Below, one piece after another: positions 38,208-47,614 of a stretch of DNA of 64,000 nt. Made by a program: the position numbers and the translations under genes. The stretch spans positions 128,001 through 192,000 of the forward strand of contig CAVYRH010000010.1 of the NCBI GenBank assembly GCA_963770835.1, given 5' to 3'. Numbering within the stretch: position 1 is the first letter of the stretch; each line of letters opens with the position of its first letter. This DNA is from an uncultured Pseudomonadota bacterium. Lineage in GTDB: Bacteria > Oederibacteriota > Muellerivitia > Muellerivitales > Muellerivitaceae. The notes under the pieces are model-generated. The model saw only the letters and a list, made by a program, of their open reading frames with translations. It was not told the DNA's origin and ran no database searches.

Positions 38208-41200
38208 ATGACCCGCCCCGAATTTGTACACCTCCACCTCCACAGCCAGTTTTCCCTCCTGGAAAGCACCGTCCGCTTCGAACCCCTCATGGCGCGCCTG
38301 AAGGAACTCCAGATGCACGCCGTGGCCTTGACCGACAAGGCCAACCTCTTCGGCGCCGTTGCCTTCTATCAAAGCGCCCTGGAAAACGGCCTCAAGCCCA
38401 TCCTAGGCTGTGAAATCTGGGTGGCCCCCGATTCCCGCTTCGAGAAAAGCAACGGGCAAGGGCGTCCGGAGGCGGTCTATCCCTTGGTGCTCCTGGCCGA
38501 GAACGAGGAAGGCTACAAGAACATCATGAAGCTGTCCTCGGCGGGTTACCTGCAAGGTTTCCACCGCGTGCCGCGCGTGGACAAGGCCCTCCTGGCCCGG
38601 CACAGCGGGGGCATCCTGGCGCTCTCCGGTGGAGCGGAGGGTGAAATCAACCGGTACCTTTTCAAGGCCGAGGCGCCCATGGCGATGCGCGTCGCCGGGG
38701 AATACCAGGAAATCTTCGGCAAGGACCGGTTTTTCCTCGAGCTGACGGACCACGGGGCGGCCGCCGACCGCACGGCCCTTAAACAGCTTTTGGAAATTTC
38801 CGCCAAGACGGCCATTCCCGTCGTGGCCGCCAACGAGGTGCGCTACCTCCGCCGTGAGGAGGCCCCCTTCCACGAGGTCTTAACCTGCCTGGGCCGGGGC
38901 GAGGTGATGTCCGACCCCAACCATTATTCACTCGGCTCGGACGAATACTATTTGAAGAGCGCGGAGGAAATGGCCAAGCTTTTCGCAGAAACGCCGGAGG
39001 CCCTCAAACGCACGCTGGAGATCGCCGAGCGCTGTCATTTGACCATCGAATTCGGGAAAACCTACATGCCTTCCTTCCCGTCGCCCCAGGCGGGGGTGAC
39101 CGAGGAAAGCTACCTGGAACAACTCTGCAGACAGGCCCTTCCAAAGCGTTACGGTGAAAAAGCCGCCGACGCCGAAATCGTCCAGCGCATGAACGAGGAG
39201 CTTTCCGTCATCAAGAAAACCGGGTTTTCCGGCTACTTCCTCATCGTCTGGGACATCATCGCCAAGGCGCGGGCCAAGGGAATTTCGGTGGGGCCGGGGC
39301 GCGGTTCGGCGGCGGGCAGCCTGGTTTCCTACCTGCTGGGCATCACCGATGTTGACCCCATCCGTTATGACTTGCTCTTTGAGCGCTTCATCAATCCCGA
39401 ACGGGTTTCCGCCCCCGATATCGATGTGGACGTCTGCGACCGAAGGCGCGACGAGGTCCTCCATTACATCACCCAAACCTACGGGCAGGACCGGGTGGCC
39501 TCCATCGTCACCTTCGGCACCATGGCCGCCAAGGCCGTCGTGCGCGACGTGGGACGGGTTTTGGAAGTGCCGCTGCCAGAGGTGGACCGCATCGCAAAGC
39601 TCATCCCCGGCGGCCCTAAGGTGTCCCTCGAGGACGCCATGGAAAGGGCGCCGGAGCTTCGCGCCATTGCCAGCGAACAGGGGCCCTACCGGAGGCTCTG
39701 GGACGTTTCCCGGGCGCTCGAGGGCATCGTGCGGCACGTTTCCACGCACGCAGCCGGCATCCTCATCAGCAACGAGCCGCTCCTGGAAAAAATCCCCCTT
39801 TGCAAGGGGGCGGGGGACGAAGTGCTGACCCAGTACGATATGAACGCCCTGAAAGACGTGGGGCTCCTCAAGCTCGACATCCTGGGCCTGCGGACCCTCA
39901 CTGTCATCGACGACACACTCGAACTCATCGCCGGGCGCCGCAAGGAAAAGGTCGATCTCGGCCACATTCCCTTGGAGGACGACGCCACCTTCAAACTTCT
40001 GCGCGAGGCCAAGACGGCGGGCGTCTTCCAGCTGGAATCGCGCGGCATGCGCGATTACATCCGCAAGCTGGAACCCCGGGTCCTGGAGGACCTGATCGCC
40101 CTCAACGCCCTCTACCGTCCGGGCCCCCTGGGGAGCGACATGGTGGACGACTTCTTCCACCGCAAGAAGGGGCTGGTCAAGGTGGAGTACCTTCACCCCA
40201 AGCTGGAACCCATCTTGAAAACCACCTACGGACTCATGCTCTACCAGGAACAGGTCATGCGCGTGGCCAAGGATCTGGCGGGCTTCACCCTGGGCCAGGC
40301 CGATATCCTCAGGCGGGCCATGGGCAGCAAAAACCCCGAGAAAATGGAGCAAATGCGGGGCAAGTTCCTCTCCGGCGCCAAGGAAAGGGGGATTTCCACC
40401 GACGTCGCCGAGGCCATCTTCAACCAGATGGCCAAGTTCGCGGGCTACGGGTTCAACAAGTCCCACAGCGCCGCTTATTCCCTGGTGGCTTACCAGACCG
40501 CCTACCTGAAGACCAATTATCCGCCGGAGTTCATGGCGGCGCTCTTGACCAGCGAGGCGGGCAACCAGGACAAGATTTCCCAATACATCTTCGAATGCAA
40601 AAAGCTGGGTGTGAAGGTCCTGCCGCCGGACGTCAACGAAAGCGGAACCGAGTTCACAGTGACTCCCGACGGTTCAGTGCGTTTCGCCCTTACCGCCATC
40701 AAGAACGTGGGGAGCCCTGCCATCGCCGCTATTTTGGAGGCGCGGGAAAGGGGCGGGAAGTTCAAATCCCTTTTCGACTTTTGCCGGCGGGCGGACCTGA
40801 AGTCCTTTACCCCCAAGATGGTGGAATGCCTGGTCCTAGCCGGGGCTTTTGACTTCACGGGCGCGCCCCGGGCGGCCATGAAGGAATCCATCGAAAAAAT
40901 ATTCCGGCAGTCCCAGGGCCTCCAGGCCGATTCCCAAAGGGGCCAGACATCCCTTTTTGGGGAAACAGGCTCGCAGACGCCCGACATTCTGCCCGAGGTC
41001 CCGGAATATTCCCCGGCCCAAATTCTCTCCGCGGAAAAAGAAGTGTTGGGCTTTTACCTTTCGGGCCACCCCCTCTCCGAGCATGAGTGGCAGCTGGAGC
41101 ACTACGTGACGCCCCTGAACGAGCTGGAGGACCTTCCGGACGGGTTCGAGATCCGCGTGGCGGGGCTCATCCGGGGCTTTTCCAAGAGCGTGGTCAAAAA

Positions 41201-41648
41201 AACCAAGGAAGTCTATGGCCGCTTCATCCTGGAGGATCTCCATTCACACGTGGAAGTCATCGCCTGGCCGGAGGTGTACCGCAAGCATGGGAAGCTCCTG
41301 GGCAAAGACCAACTGGTGGCCTTGAAGGGGCGACTCGACAAGTCCGGCGAAAGGACCCAGGTCATCGCCAATGAGGCCATCGAGCTGGAGGGTATGGCCG
41401 CCAAGTGGGCCAAGGGCGTGCGCCTGATGATGAACGTGGTGGGCCTGGACGACAGCCTGCTTCCCAAGGTCAAGGAAATCTGCGAGCGGCACCCGGGCAG
41501 CGCCAAGGTGTATTTCCACATGCAGACCACCCACCATGGACTGATGGTGGTGGAGGCGGGGGAGAACCTGCGGGTGAAGCCCTCCCGGAGTTTCCTGAGG
41601 GAGATCACCGCGCTCTTGGGAGAAGAGGGAATCGAAATCGAACTCTAA
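38208..41648 (+). CDS. dnaE: DNA polymerase III alpha subunit
   Basis: FVHLHLHS, GPGRGSAAGS, PDIDVD, KLDILGL, GVFQLES, YGFNKSHS, QTSLF clamp motif, OB fold. Confidence 0.98.
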   Translation: MTRPEFVHLHLHSQFSLLESTVRFEPLMARLKELQMHAVALTDKANLFGAVAFYQSALENGLKPILGCEIWVAPDSRFEKSNGQGRPEAVYPLVLLAENEEGYKNIMKLSSAGYLQGFHRVPRVDKALLARHSGGILALSGGAEGEINRYLFKAEAPMAMRVAGEYQEIFGKDRFFLELTDHGAAADRTALKQLLEISAKTAIPVVAANEVRYLRREEAPFHEVLTCLGRGEVMSDPNHYSLGSDEYYLKSAEEMAKLFAETPEALKRTLEIAERCHLTIEFGKTYMPSFPSPQAGVTEESYLEQLCRQALPKRYGEKAADAEIVQRMNEELSVIKKTGFSGYFLIVWDIIAKARAKGISVGPGRGSAAGSLVSYLLGITDVDPIRYDLLFERFINPERVSAPDIDVDVCDRRRDEVLHYITQTYGQDRVASIVTFGTMAAKAVVRDVGRVLEVPLPEVDRIAKLIPGGPKVSLEDAMERAPELRAIASEQGPYRRLWDVSRALEGIVRHVSTHAAGILISNEPLLEKIPLCKGAGDEVLTQYDMNALKDVGLLKLDILGLRTLTVIDDTLELIAGRRKEKVDLGHIPLEDDATFKLLREAKTAGVFQLESRGMRDYIRKLEPRVLEDLIALNALYRPGPLGSDMVDDFFHRKKGLVKVEYLHPKLEPILKTTYGLMLYQEQVMRVAKDLAGFTLGQADILRRAMGSKNPEKMEQMRGKFLSGAKERGISTDVAEAIFNQMAKFAGYGFNKSHSAAYSLVAYQTAYLKTNYPPEFMAALLTSEAGNQDKISQYIFECKKLGVKVLPPDVNESGTEFTVTPDGSVRFALTAIKNVGSPAIAAILEARERGGKFKSLFDFCRRADLKSFTPKMVECLVLAGAFDFTGAPRAAMKESIEKIFRQSQGLQADSQRGQTSLFGETGSQTPDILPEVPEYSPAQILSAEKEVLGFYLSGHPLSEHEWQLEHYVTPLNELEDLPDGFEIRVAGLIRGFSKSVVKKTKEVYGRFILEDLHSHVEVIAWPEVYRKHGKLLGKDQLVALKGRLDKSGERTQVIANEAIELEGMAAKWAKGVRLMMNVVGLDDSLLPKVKEICERHPGSAKVYFHMQTTHHGLMVVEAGENLRVKPSRSFLREITALLGEEGIEIEL

Positions 41649-41675
41649 CAGTACTTATTTAAGGATTTTCCATAT

Positions 41676-43826
41676 ATGAAACCCGATATTGCCTGCCCCA
41701 ACCACCCCAAATCGGAAGGGTTATTCCCATGTCGCTATTGCAGGGAAAACTTCTGCGAAGCCTGCGCCCTAACCGAACCCGGATTTTACCGCTGCCGCCG
41801 GCCTGCCTGCGTCAAAGCCTATCAAAAAGAAGCCGCCGGCCCGCTCCGGCGCTGTCCCCATTGCGTCTCTAAAAACCTGCCCCTCGCTACTTTTTGCGGC
41901 AGGTGTGGGGGAGAAATGTCCTCGAAACCGCCGAAAGATCCGGAAACCCCAGTCACGGTGGGGAGGTATGCCGGCGTCACCGAGGCCGGCCTGGCCCGCG
42001 CCACACTCGCGAGCCAAGGCATCGATTCCTTCGTGGCCGATGAAGCCGTGGGCACCCTCTATTCGGGCGGTAATACCTTTTTAGGCGGGGTAAGGCTCCA
42101 GACCCGGGCCGCCGATTCCCAAAAGGCCCAGGAGCTTTTGGCTGCCCGCCCGAAGGGCCGGGGAAAGGCCCAGGAACCCACCGGCTCCTGCCGCTATTGT
42201 GGAAAAATCCTCAGCAAAAGAGAACTAGCCCCGGGCCCGGGGCCCCTCCATTGCCGGAAAGCCAAATGCCTCAAGGCTTACCGGGCGGAAATGAAAAGCC
42301 TCGCGAGGGTCTGCCCCTCCTGCAGAACGAAAATTCCCTATCCCGAAGTCCTTTGCCCGAAATGCGGGAAAAAACTGGCCGAACTCCAGCTCGGGCTGGA
42401 GCCAGGGGAGCTTCCCGCGAGCCCGGTGGGCCCCGAGGAAAAATGGGACTTCCGCTGGGCCTTTTTGCTGTGGCTGACCCTTTTCTCGGTCGAGGTCGCC
42501 CCCTGTATGGTCTTCAGCTGGATTCATTATCGGAAGGGTGTTCTTCCGGACCCCCATTGGATTCAAGTGGTGTTGTATTCCAGTGAATTGGCCTGTGTCT
42601 TCCTGGCCCTCTATTGGACCAAGCGGTTCCAATCCCTTTCCTGGGGGGAAAGCCTGAGGCACATGGGCTTTAAGGCCCCGAATCCCCGGCAACTTCTTGC
42701 GGGGGTTCTCATCCTTCTTCCGGTCCTTGTGGGTGACTTCCTGGCTTTCCAGGGATACCAACAGGAAGGGGTTCCCATCCAGCTGAAATGGTATTGGGGC
42801 ATCCGGCTTTCGGACATCCTGGTTGGGGCGGCCCTCTTCGAGGAAACCCTCTATCGGGGTTTCCTTTTCCGGTTCCTCCGGCGGGGCCGTTCCTTCACTT
42901 CCGCCGCCGTTTTGTCCTCGGGACTCTGGGCCCTCAGCCACGTTACCCACCTCATGCCTTTGTACGGGCCCGAACACAGCCATTTCCAGCAGGCCGGGGG
43001 TTTGATGCTCCAGGTTTTCGTGGATGGATTGATGGGTGCCTATCTCTTTGAAAAGGGCGGGAATAATATTTGGGGATGGATGCTGGTCCACATCGGCTAT
43101 GACCTTTTCAGCCTGGTCAACCTCCAGGGGAGCGACTTTTACGTCTCGTCCATTCCCGAAAATTATTTCGATATCGGACATTGGTTCTCCGTGCTGGCGA
43201 CAATTCTGATCGTCCTTTGGATTTTTCCGGCGGGAAAAGGGAAGAAGCCCAGGGTAGCGGGCGTTTTCCGGGGAAACGCGCTGTCCCTGAAATGGAAGCC
43301 CCTCCTGCTTCCCCTGGTTATCACTTCGGCCTTGGTCCTGGCCTTCTGCTTGGTCCCGTCCCAAAGGCTGTGCGAGGAAGCCAACAATCAGGACTGGCAA
43401 AAGATCATGGATTCCCGCCCCCGCTTCGCGGACGGCTATCGGGAATGGGCTTTTGACCTTTGGAAGCTGGATAAATACGATGAGGCGGTTGAAAAATGCC
43501 GGCAGGCCCTGGCCATCGACCCGAAAAATTACAAGGCTTGGCTGCTTTGGGGAAAAGCCTTGAGAGGAAAGAACGTTTATGAAGATGCCTTGGAGAAGTT
43601 CCAGCAAGCCGCCGAATGCGCCCCTCGAAACGCCGCCACATACTTATGGTGGGGTTATGATTTAGAAGATGTCGATCAAAAGGATGACGCTATTGAAAAA
43701 TACCGGACGGTGCTTTCCTTAAACCCGGACGAAACCTCATTCACCAATTTCGCGAATTATAGGATTGAACGGTTGGAAGCCAAAAAAAGGGGAGGGTGGC
43801 AACCCGAGCCTCGGATTTCTTATTGA
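41676..43826 (+). CDS. CPBP (CAAX/Abi) intramembrane protease fused to zinc fingers, a DUF2007-like domain and TPRs
   Basis: EETLYRGFLF, WALSH, HIGYD; many CxxC; EAGLARATLASQGIDSFVADE..GGVRLQT; C-terminal TPRs. Confidence 0.75.
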   Translation: MKPDIACPNHPKSEGLFPCRYCRENFCEACALTEPGFYRCRRPACVKAYQKEAAGPLRRCPHCVSKNLPLATFCGRCGGEMSSKPPKDPETPVTVGRYAGVTEAGLARATLASQGIDSFVADEAVGTLYSGGNTFLGGVRLQTRAADSQKAQELLAARPKGRGKAQEPTGSCRYCGKILSKRELAPGPGPLHCRKAKCLKAYRAEMKSLARVCPSCRTKIPYPEVLCPKCGKKLAELQLGLEPGELPASPVGPEEKWDFRWAFLLWLTLFSVEVAPCMVFSWIHYRKGVLPDPHWIQVVLYSSELACVFLALYWTKRFQSLSWGESLRHMGFKAPNPRQLLAGVLILLPVLVGDFLAFQGYQQEGVPIQLKWYWGIRLSDILVGAALFEETLYRGFLFRFLRRGRSFTSAAVLSSGLWALSHVTHLMPLYGPEHSHFQQAGGLMLQVFVDGLMGAYLFEKGGNNIWGWMLVHIGYDLFSLVNLQGSDFYVSSIPENYFDIGHWFSVLATILIVLWIFPAGKGKKPRVAGVFRGNALSLKWKPLLLPLVITSALVLAFCLVPSQRLCEEANNQDWQKIMDSRPRFADGYREWAFDLWKLDKYDEAVEKCRQALAIDPKNYKAWLLWGKALRGKNVYEDALEKFQQAAECAPRNAATYLWWGYDLEDVDQKDDAIEKYRTVLSLNPDETSFTNFANYRIERLEAKKRGGWQPEPRISY

Positions 43827-44037
43827 AGCCTTGTTTCACTAAGGCGGTGAATTTTGAAACTATTCCTGCCGTAATTCGTCCAACAGATGATATGGGTTCT
43901 CCGCGTCGGGGACCCGAATTGAATCAAAGAGGGCAAATCACTGGGTGGAATTTTTGGGGAAAGTTCTTTGGGAAATTTGGGATAATCCAACCCTTAAGAA
44001 ATCCGGCTTCAAAATAACCAAGGGAAAAAACGACTAA

Positions 44038-45045
44038 ATGAAAAAACCCCGACCCTTCAAGCACGTCCTTTATCCAACCGCGGCGGGAATCGCCTTGTTC
44101 CTCCTGCCCCTTGGGGCGCGGGCTTTCGACTTTTCCCCCGACGCCTCCCGGGTGCTTTCGGACCCGGCCTATATGCCCTTGCAGGGCCAGGTTTTCGGAA
44201 GCACCGAATATACCTACGGAAACACGGGCTCGACCACGGAGAATCCCGTGGGGGCGCTAAAGTTCTCAACCACGACCCTTTCCAATACGGCCAACCAAAC
44301 GCTGGGGTACGGCCTCACCAGCGAGATTGAACTCCGGGTCACCGATTCCTACGAATGGCCCTCGACCACGAACAGTTTCCCGACCGGCACGGTGACGGTG
44401 ACCCATTCGGACGGTTTTATCGACCCGACTTTCACGGCGCTGTTTCGCATGGTGGACCAGCAGGACCATCCCATTAGTTGGGATCTCCAGGCGAGTTACT
44501 CCCCCAACCTGGTCAACGCCCAATCGGCGGACCCGGTGGAGAATGGAACCGTGGGGCGGGGAGGGGCTTCGGGAACCCTCGGCACCGCGATCAGCCAGGA
44601 AACGAGGGATTTTACTTTTTACCTCCAGGCCACCGCGACCTACCTGGACAACCGGTCGATTTTCAACCCGGCCAATAATATCACCACCAGTTACAACCCC
44701 AGCTGGCAGTATTTGATTAACGTGGCCACCCAGACGCGCTTTGGTGCGCAATGGTCCCTCAATTTGAACTACGCTGAAACCTTCAACAACGGTGTCAATA
44801 CCTCTTTCGTCAACGGCGCCGGCAACACCATCAACTCCCTCAACCAGTCCGGGCAGACGCAGGAGTTCACGGCGGGCCTCAATTTTCACGTCGTTCCTAA
44901 CCGGTTTGTTCTCTCGCTCATCTACAACCATTACTTCTACAACGGCGTTAGCAACATCAACCAGACCTTGCCCGCCAACAGCACCCAGACGGATGAAAAA
45001 GACCAGGATGTCCTCAACGGGGAATTGCGTTACGTCTTTTTTTGA
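44038..45045 (+). CDS. Probable outer-membrane beta-barrel protein
   Basis: Signal peptide, alternating hydrophobic strands rich in Y/T/N/S, ends GELRYVFF. Confidence 0.6.
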   Translation: MKKPRPFKHVLYPTAAGIALFLLPLGARAFDFSPDASRVLSDPAYMPLQGQVFGSTEYTYGNTGSTTENPVGALKFSTTTLSNTANQTLGYGLTSEIELRVTDSYEWPSTTNSFPTGTVTVTHSDGFIDPTFTALFRMVDQQDHPISWDLQASYSPNLVNAQSADPVENGTVGRGGASGTLGTAISQETRDFTFYLQATATYLDNRSIFNPANNITTSYNPSWQYLINVATQTRFGAQWSLNLNYAETFNNGVNTSFVNGAGNTINSLNQSGQTQEFTAGLNFHVVPNRFVLSLIYNHYFYNGVSNINQTLPANSTQTDEKDQDVLNGELRYVFF

Positions 45046-45164
45046 CGAAAGGGGTTTAGCGGCAGGCAGCCCACTGCGGGGATCCGTGCAATGCCCCCCG
45101 CCCGTCTTTTCCGGACAGTTTTTAGGCTGAAACACTTAAATCTTTCCTCCCGCCGTGTTTTTCA

Positions 45165-45193
45165 TTGCCCAATCCTTTCGTCACGACTAGAAT
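45165..45193 (+). promoter_or_regulatory. Sigma70-type promoter upstream of parB-like gene
   Basis: TTGCCC-17 nt-TAGAAT. Confidence 0.5.
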
Positions 45194-45810
45194 TTTTCAT
45201 ATCTTTTTATTTATGCTGTTTTGAATTTTGAACCCAAAGAATGTGCCGAAGGGTTCGAATATTTCTTTAGCTTATGGAGGTCCACCATGCCCACAGCCAC
45301 CCTGGTTTCCATCGTTCTCTCCAAAATCCTGCCTAACCCGCAGCAGCCCCGCCGGCGCTTTCGGAGGGGGTCCATCCAGGAAATGGCCGACTCCCTTATA
45401 GACCTCGGCCAGCAAACCCCCGCCAAGGTTCGCCCGCTGACACCGGATGAAAAAGCCCTCAACCCCGGCTTCGACTACATGCTCATCGGTGGCCACCGGC
45501 GCCTAGCCGGAGCCAAGCTGGCCGGATGGAGGGCTCTGGACTGCATCATTCTGGACATCCCCCCCGGCGATACCCACATGGCCGCCCTGGTTGACAATGA
45601 CGCGGAGGAAATGGACTGGTGGGACTGGGATTTGGCCATTGAGGTGGAAGCTAAGGCCCAGGCGGTCCCCTCCCAACGGCAACTGGCCACCCGGTTGGGG
45701 ATAGGTCTTACGAAGGTGAATATCGCCTTGAAGATCACCAAGGCCCTTTCCGCTAACGCCAGGGAGCTGGTGACCCAAAACCTGGACAAAGCCGCATCCG
45801 AGGGGGGGAG

Positions 45811-45831
45811 GGTGTTCGGACTCCGAACACC
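45811..45831. repeat. Perfect palindrome GGTGTTCGGA-C-TCCGAACACC inside the parB-like gene
   Basis: 10-bp arms with a 1-bp spacer, read directly from sequence. Confidence 0.8.
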
Positions 45832-46245
45832 GGGGGGGCTTATTACCAGATAACCGAGTATGTCTTGTTGGCTTTGGCCAACTTGGAAGACCAACTTTTG
45901 ATTTACCGGGCCCTGAAAGTGGTCCTAGATCAGCATTTGACTGAGCAAAAGACCAAGAAACTGGTGGATTGGGTCAAACAGGGGGGGCAACCGGATGATT
46001 TCGATCGAAAAGAAGAGGGCAACCGCCCGGAAGACCCCTATGAGACCCAATGGGCCCTATTGCGGCCGGGGATCAAGGTGAAATACAAGGGCCGGGAGAC
46101 TTACCAGGTCCAAATGACGATTCAGGGGGAGCAAGAAACCTGGAATGTGGCTTCCGCAGTCGCCAACGCTCTCAAAGGCCAGGGTAGTCCAACCACCGAC
46201 CCTGTGTTGAGCCCGTCGCAGGACCCCGCCCCTCCAAGCCACCCT

Positions 46246-46322
46246 TCCACCGAAGCCTTGGCGCAGGTGGATGGCGCAGGAGGCTTATTCCCCCTATCCC
46301 CCGAAGCCGTGGCAAAGGGGGA
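46246..46322. repeat. Two REP-like hairpins within coding sequence
   Basis: TCCACCGAAGCCTTGGCGCAGGTGGA and TCCCCCGAAGCCGTGGCAAAGGGGGA with a compensatory stem change. Confidence 0.6.
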
Positions 46323-46898
46323 GGCTGGCGGGGTTGAGGCCGTCCCGGACCTGGCCGTTCCTCCCCAAAAAGGTTTTCTTGGTGTCTTGATTTCTTGGCG
46401 GACGAACTTCGGCCGTGCCTGGGCGAAGAAGAATATCCCCGAACTTGTTAAGGCCGCCGCAAAGTCGGCCTGGCAAAATGGGAGCCTTGCTGTCCGTAAT
46501 CCGGCCCAAACAGCGAAAGAGCTTTTCAACGGCCAAGACAAAACCGCCGCTCTCGTTAGCTATTGGGCAATTGGCTTGGGGTTGGTTTGGGTAGTTTTTA
46601 AGGTTCTCAGTCTTGTTTGGCACATCCTAAGGAGCTGGTTTTAAGGGGCGCCGGGGCGCTTCCGGGTTCCGGCGTTTATTTGAACATCAATTACACCAAC
46701 GGTGGTTTGACGACGACCAATGATACAACGGGTAATCCCGTCGCCATGCCCGGGACTTTGGCCGGGCAAAGGAATGAACCCGAGCCCTGCATCTCCGCCG
46801 ATTGGGTCCACCCTTAACCTCCCCACCCTTCCCGAAGAATTCCACTGAACTCCTCCATGAAGGACTAAAATCAAGGAAATCAAAGAAAAGGAGTTTTC

Positions 46899-47381
46899 AT
46901 GAAAAAAGCCTCCGCCGATCGCCCCAACATCCTCTTGTATCCGCCCCTGATTCCTTTGGGGGTCCTCCTTGCCGGCGTGCTATTGGGTTACCTCCTTCCG
47001 GTTTGGGGACAGGCACCCCATTTGACCGGCGGCCTTTGGCTGGCGGCTGGAATCCTCTTGGCGGTTTTGGGGTTTGCCCTTGTTATTTCCGCCCTGGTCC
47101 TATTCCGGAAACACGGAACACCCGCCCAACCCCACAAACCCACCAAGAAGATCGTCCGGGGGGGACCTTACCGGTTCACCCGCAACCCGATGTACTTGGG
47201 GGGGAACCTAGCCCTCCTGGGGCTGTCTTTCCTGTTCTACCTGCCTTGGGTTTGGGCTGTGTTTTTGATCGGCCTGCCGATCAACCATTGGGGCATTGTT
47301 TTGGAGGAGGAAAAATACCTGGAGAAAAAATTCGGCAAACAGTACCGGGACTACAAAAAAAGCGTCCGGCGATGGATTTGA
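46899..47381 (+). CDS. Isoprenylcysteine carboxyl methyltransferase (ICMT/Ste14) family protein
   Basis: GGPYRFTRNPMYLG, EEKYLEKKFGKQYRDYKKSVRRWI. Confidence 0.9.
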   Translation: MKKASADRPNILLYPPLIPLGVLLAGVLLGYLLPVWGQAPHLTGGLWLAAGILLAVLGFALVISALVLFRKHGTPAQPHKPTKKIVRGGPYRFTRNPMYLGGNLALLGLSFLFYLPWVWAVFLIGLPINHWGIVLEEEKYLEKKFGKQYRDYKKSVRRWI

Positions 47382-47439
47382 CTTTGGGGAAGACCGGGGC
47401 CGGTACCGATTCCTGGATAAAGTGGGATCCAATTTAGGA

Positions 47440-47598
47440 GAACCCCGGGGGCCCGAGGCGGCGCCCGACGAAAACCACGTCCATTGCCTGCGCGGGGGTT
47501 CTTGCGAGAGCGACGCCACCCGTTTACGCTAAGCCTTCCGAGGCGAAGCCGGCGCGGGGAGCGACCACATCGGGTTTCGCTGCGCCAGGACTCCTTAG
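47440..47598 (+). pseudogene. Remnant C-terminus of an FGE-sulfatase (SUMF1-like) domain gene
   Basis: PRGP..CLRGGSC..RLR*AFR..DHIGFRCARTP* with internal TAA at 47530 and no N-terminal part. Confidence 0.6.
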
Positions 47599-47614
47599 GC
47601 TTGCCCTTTTGTTT

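Larger units (their letters stand above)
45287..46644 (+). pseudogene. ParB/Spo0J-like CTPase-HTH protein with C-terminal TM, split by a frameshift near G7 tracts (45802-45838); may be a sequencing error or phase variation
   Basis: PNPQQPRRRF, GQQTP, GGHRRL, HTH SQRQLATRLG; reading continues in the -1 frame (GAYYQITEYVLLALAN...) to 46644. Confidence 0.7.

Noticed and set aside
38928..40583. 551-aa minus-strand ORF, and similar long antisense ORFs (42225-43607, 35715-36863, 29164-30117)
   Set aside because: Antisense shadows of well-supported GC-rich genes; no motifs of their own
38208..41648. Intein or split dnaE
   Set aside because: Normal length and continuous motifs
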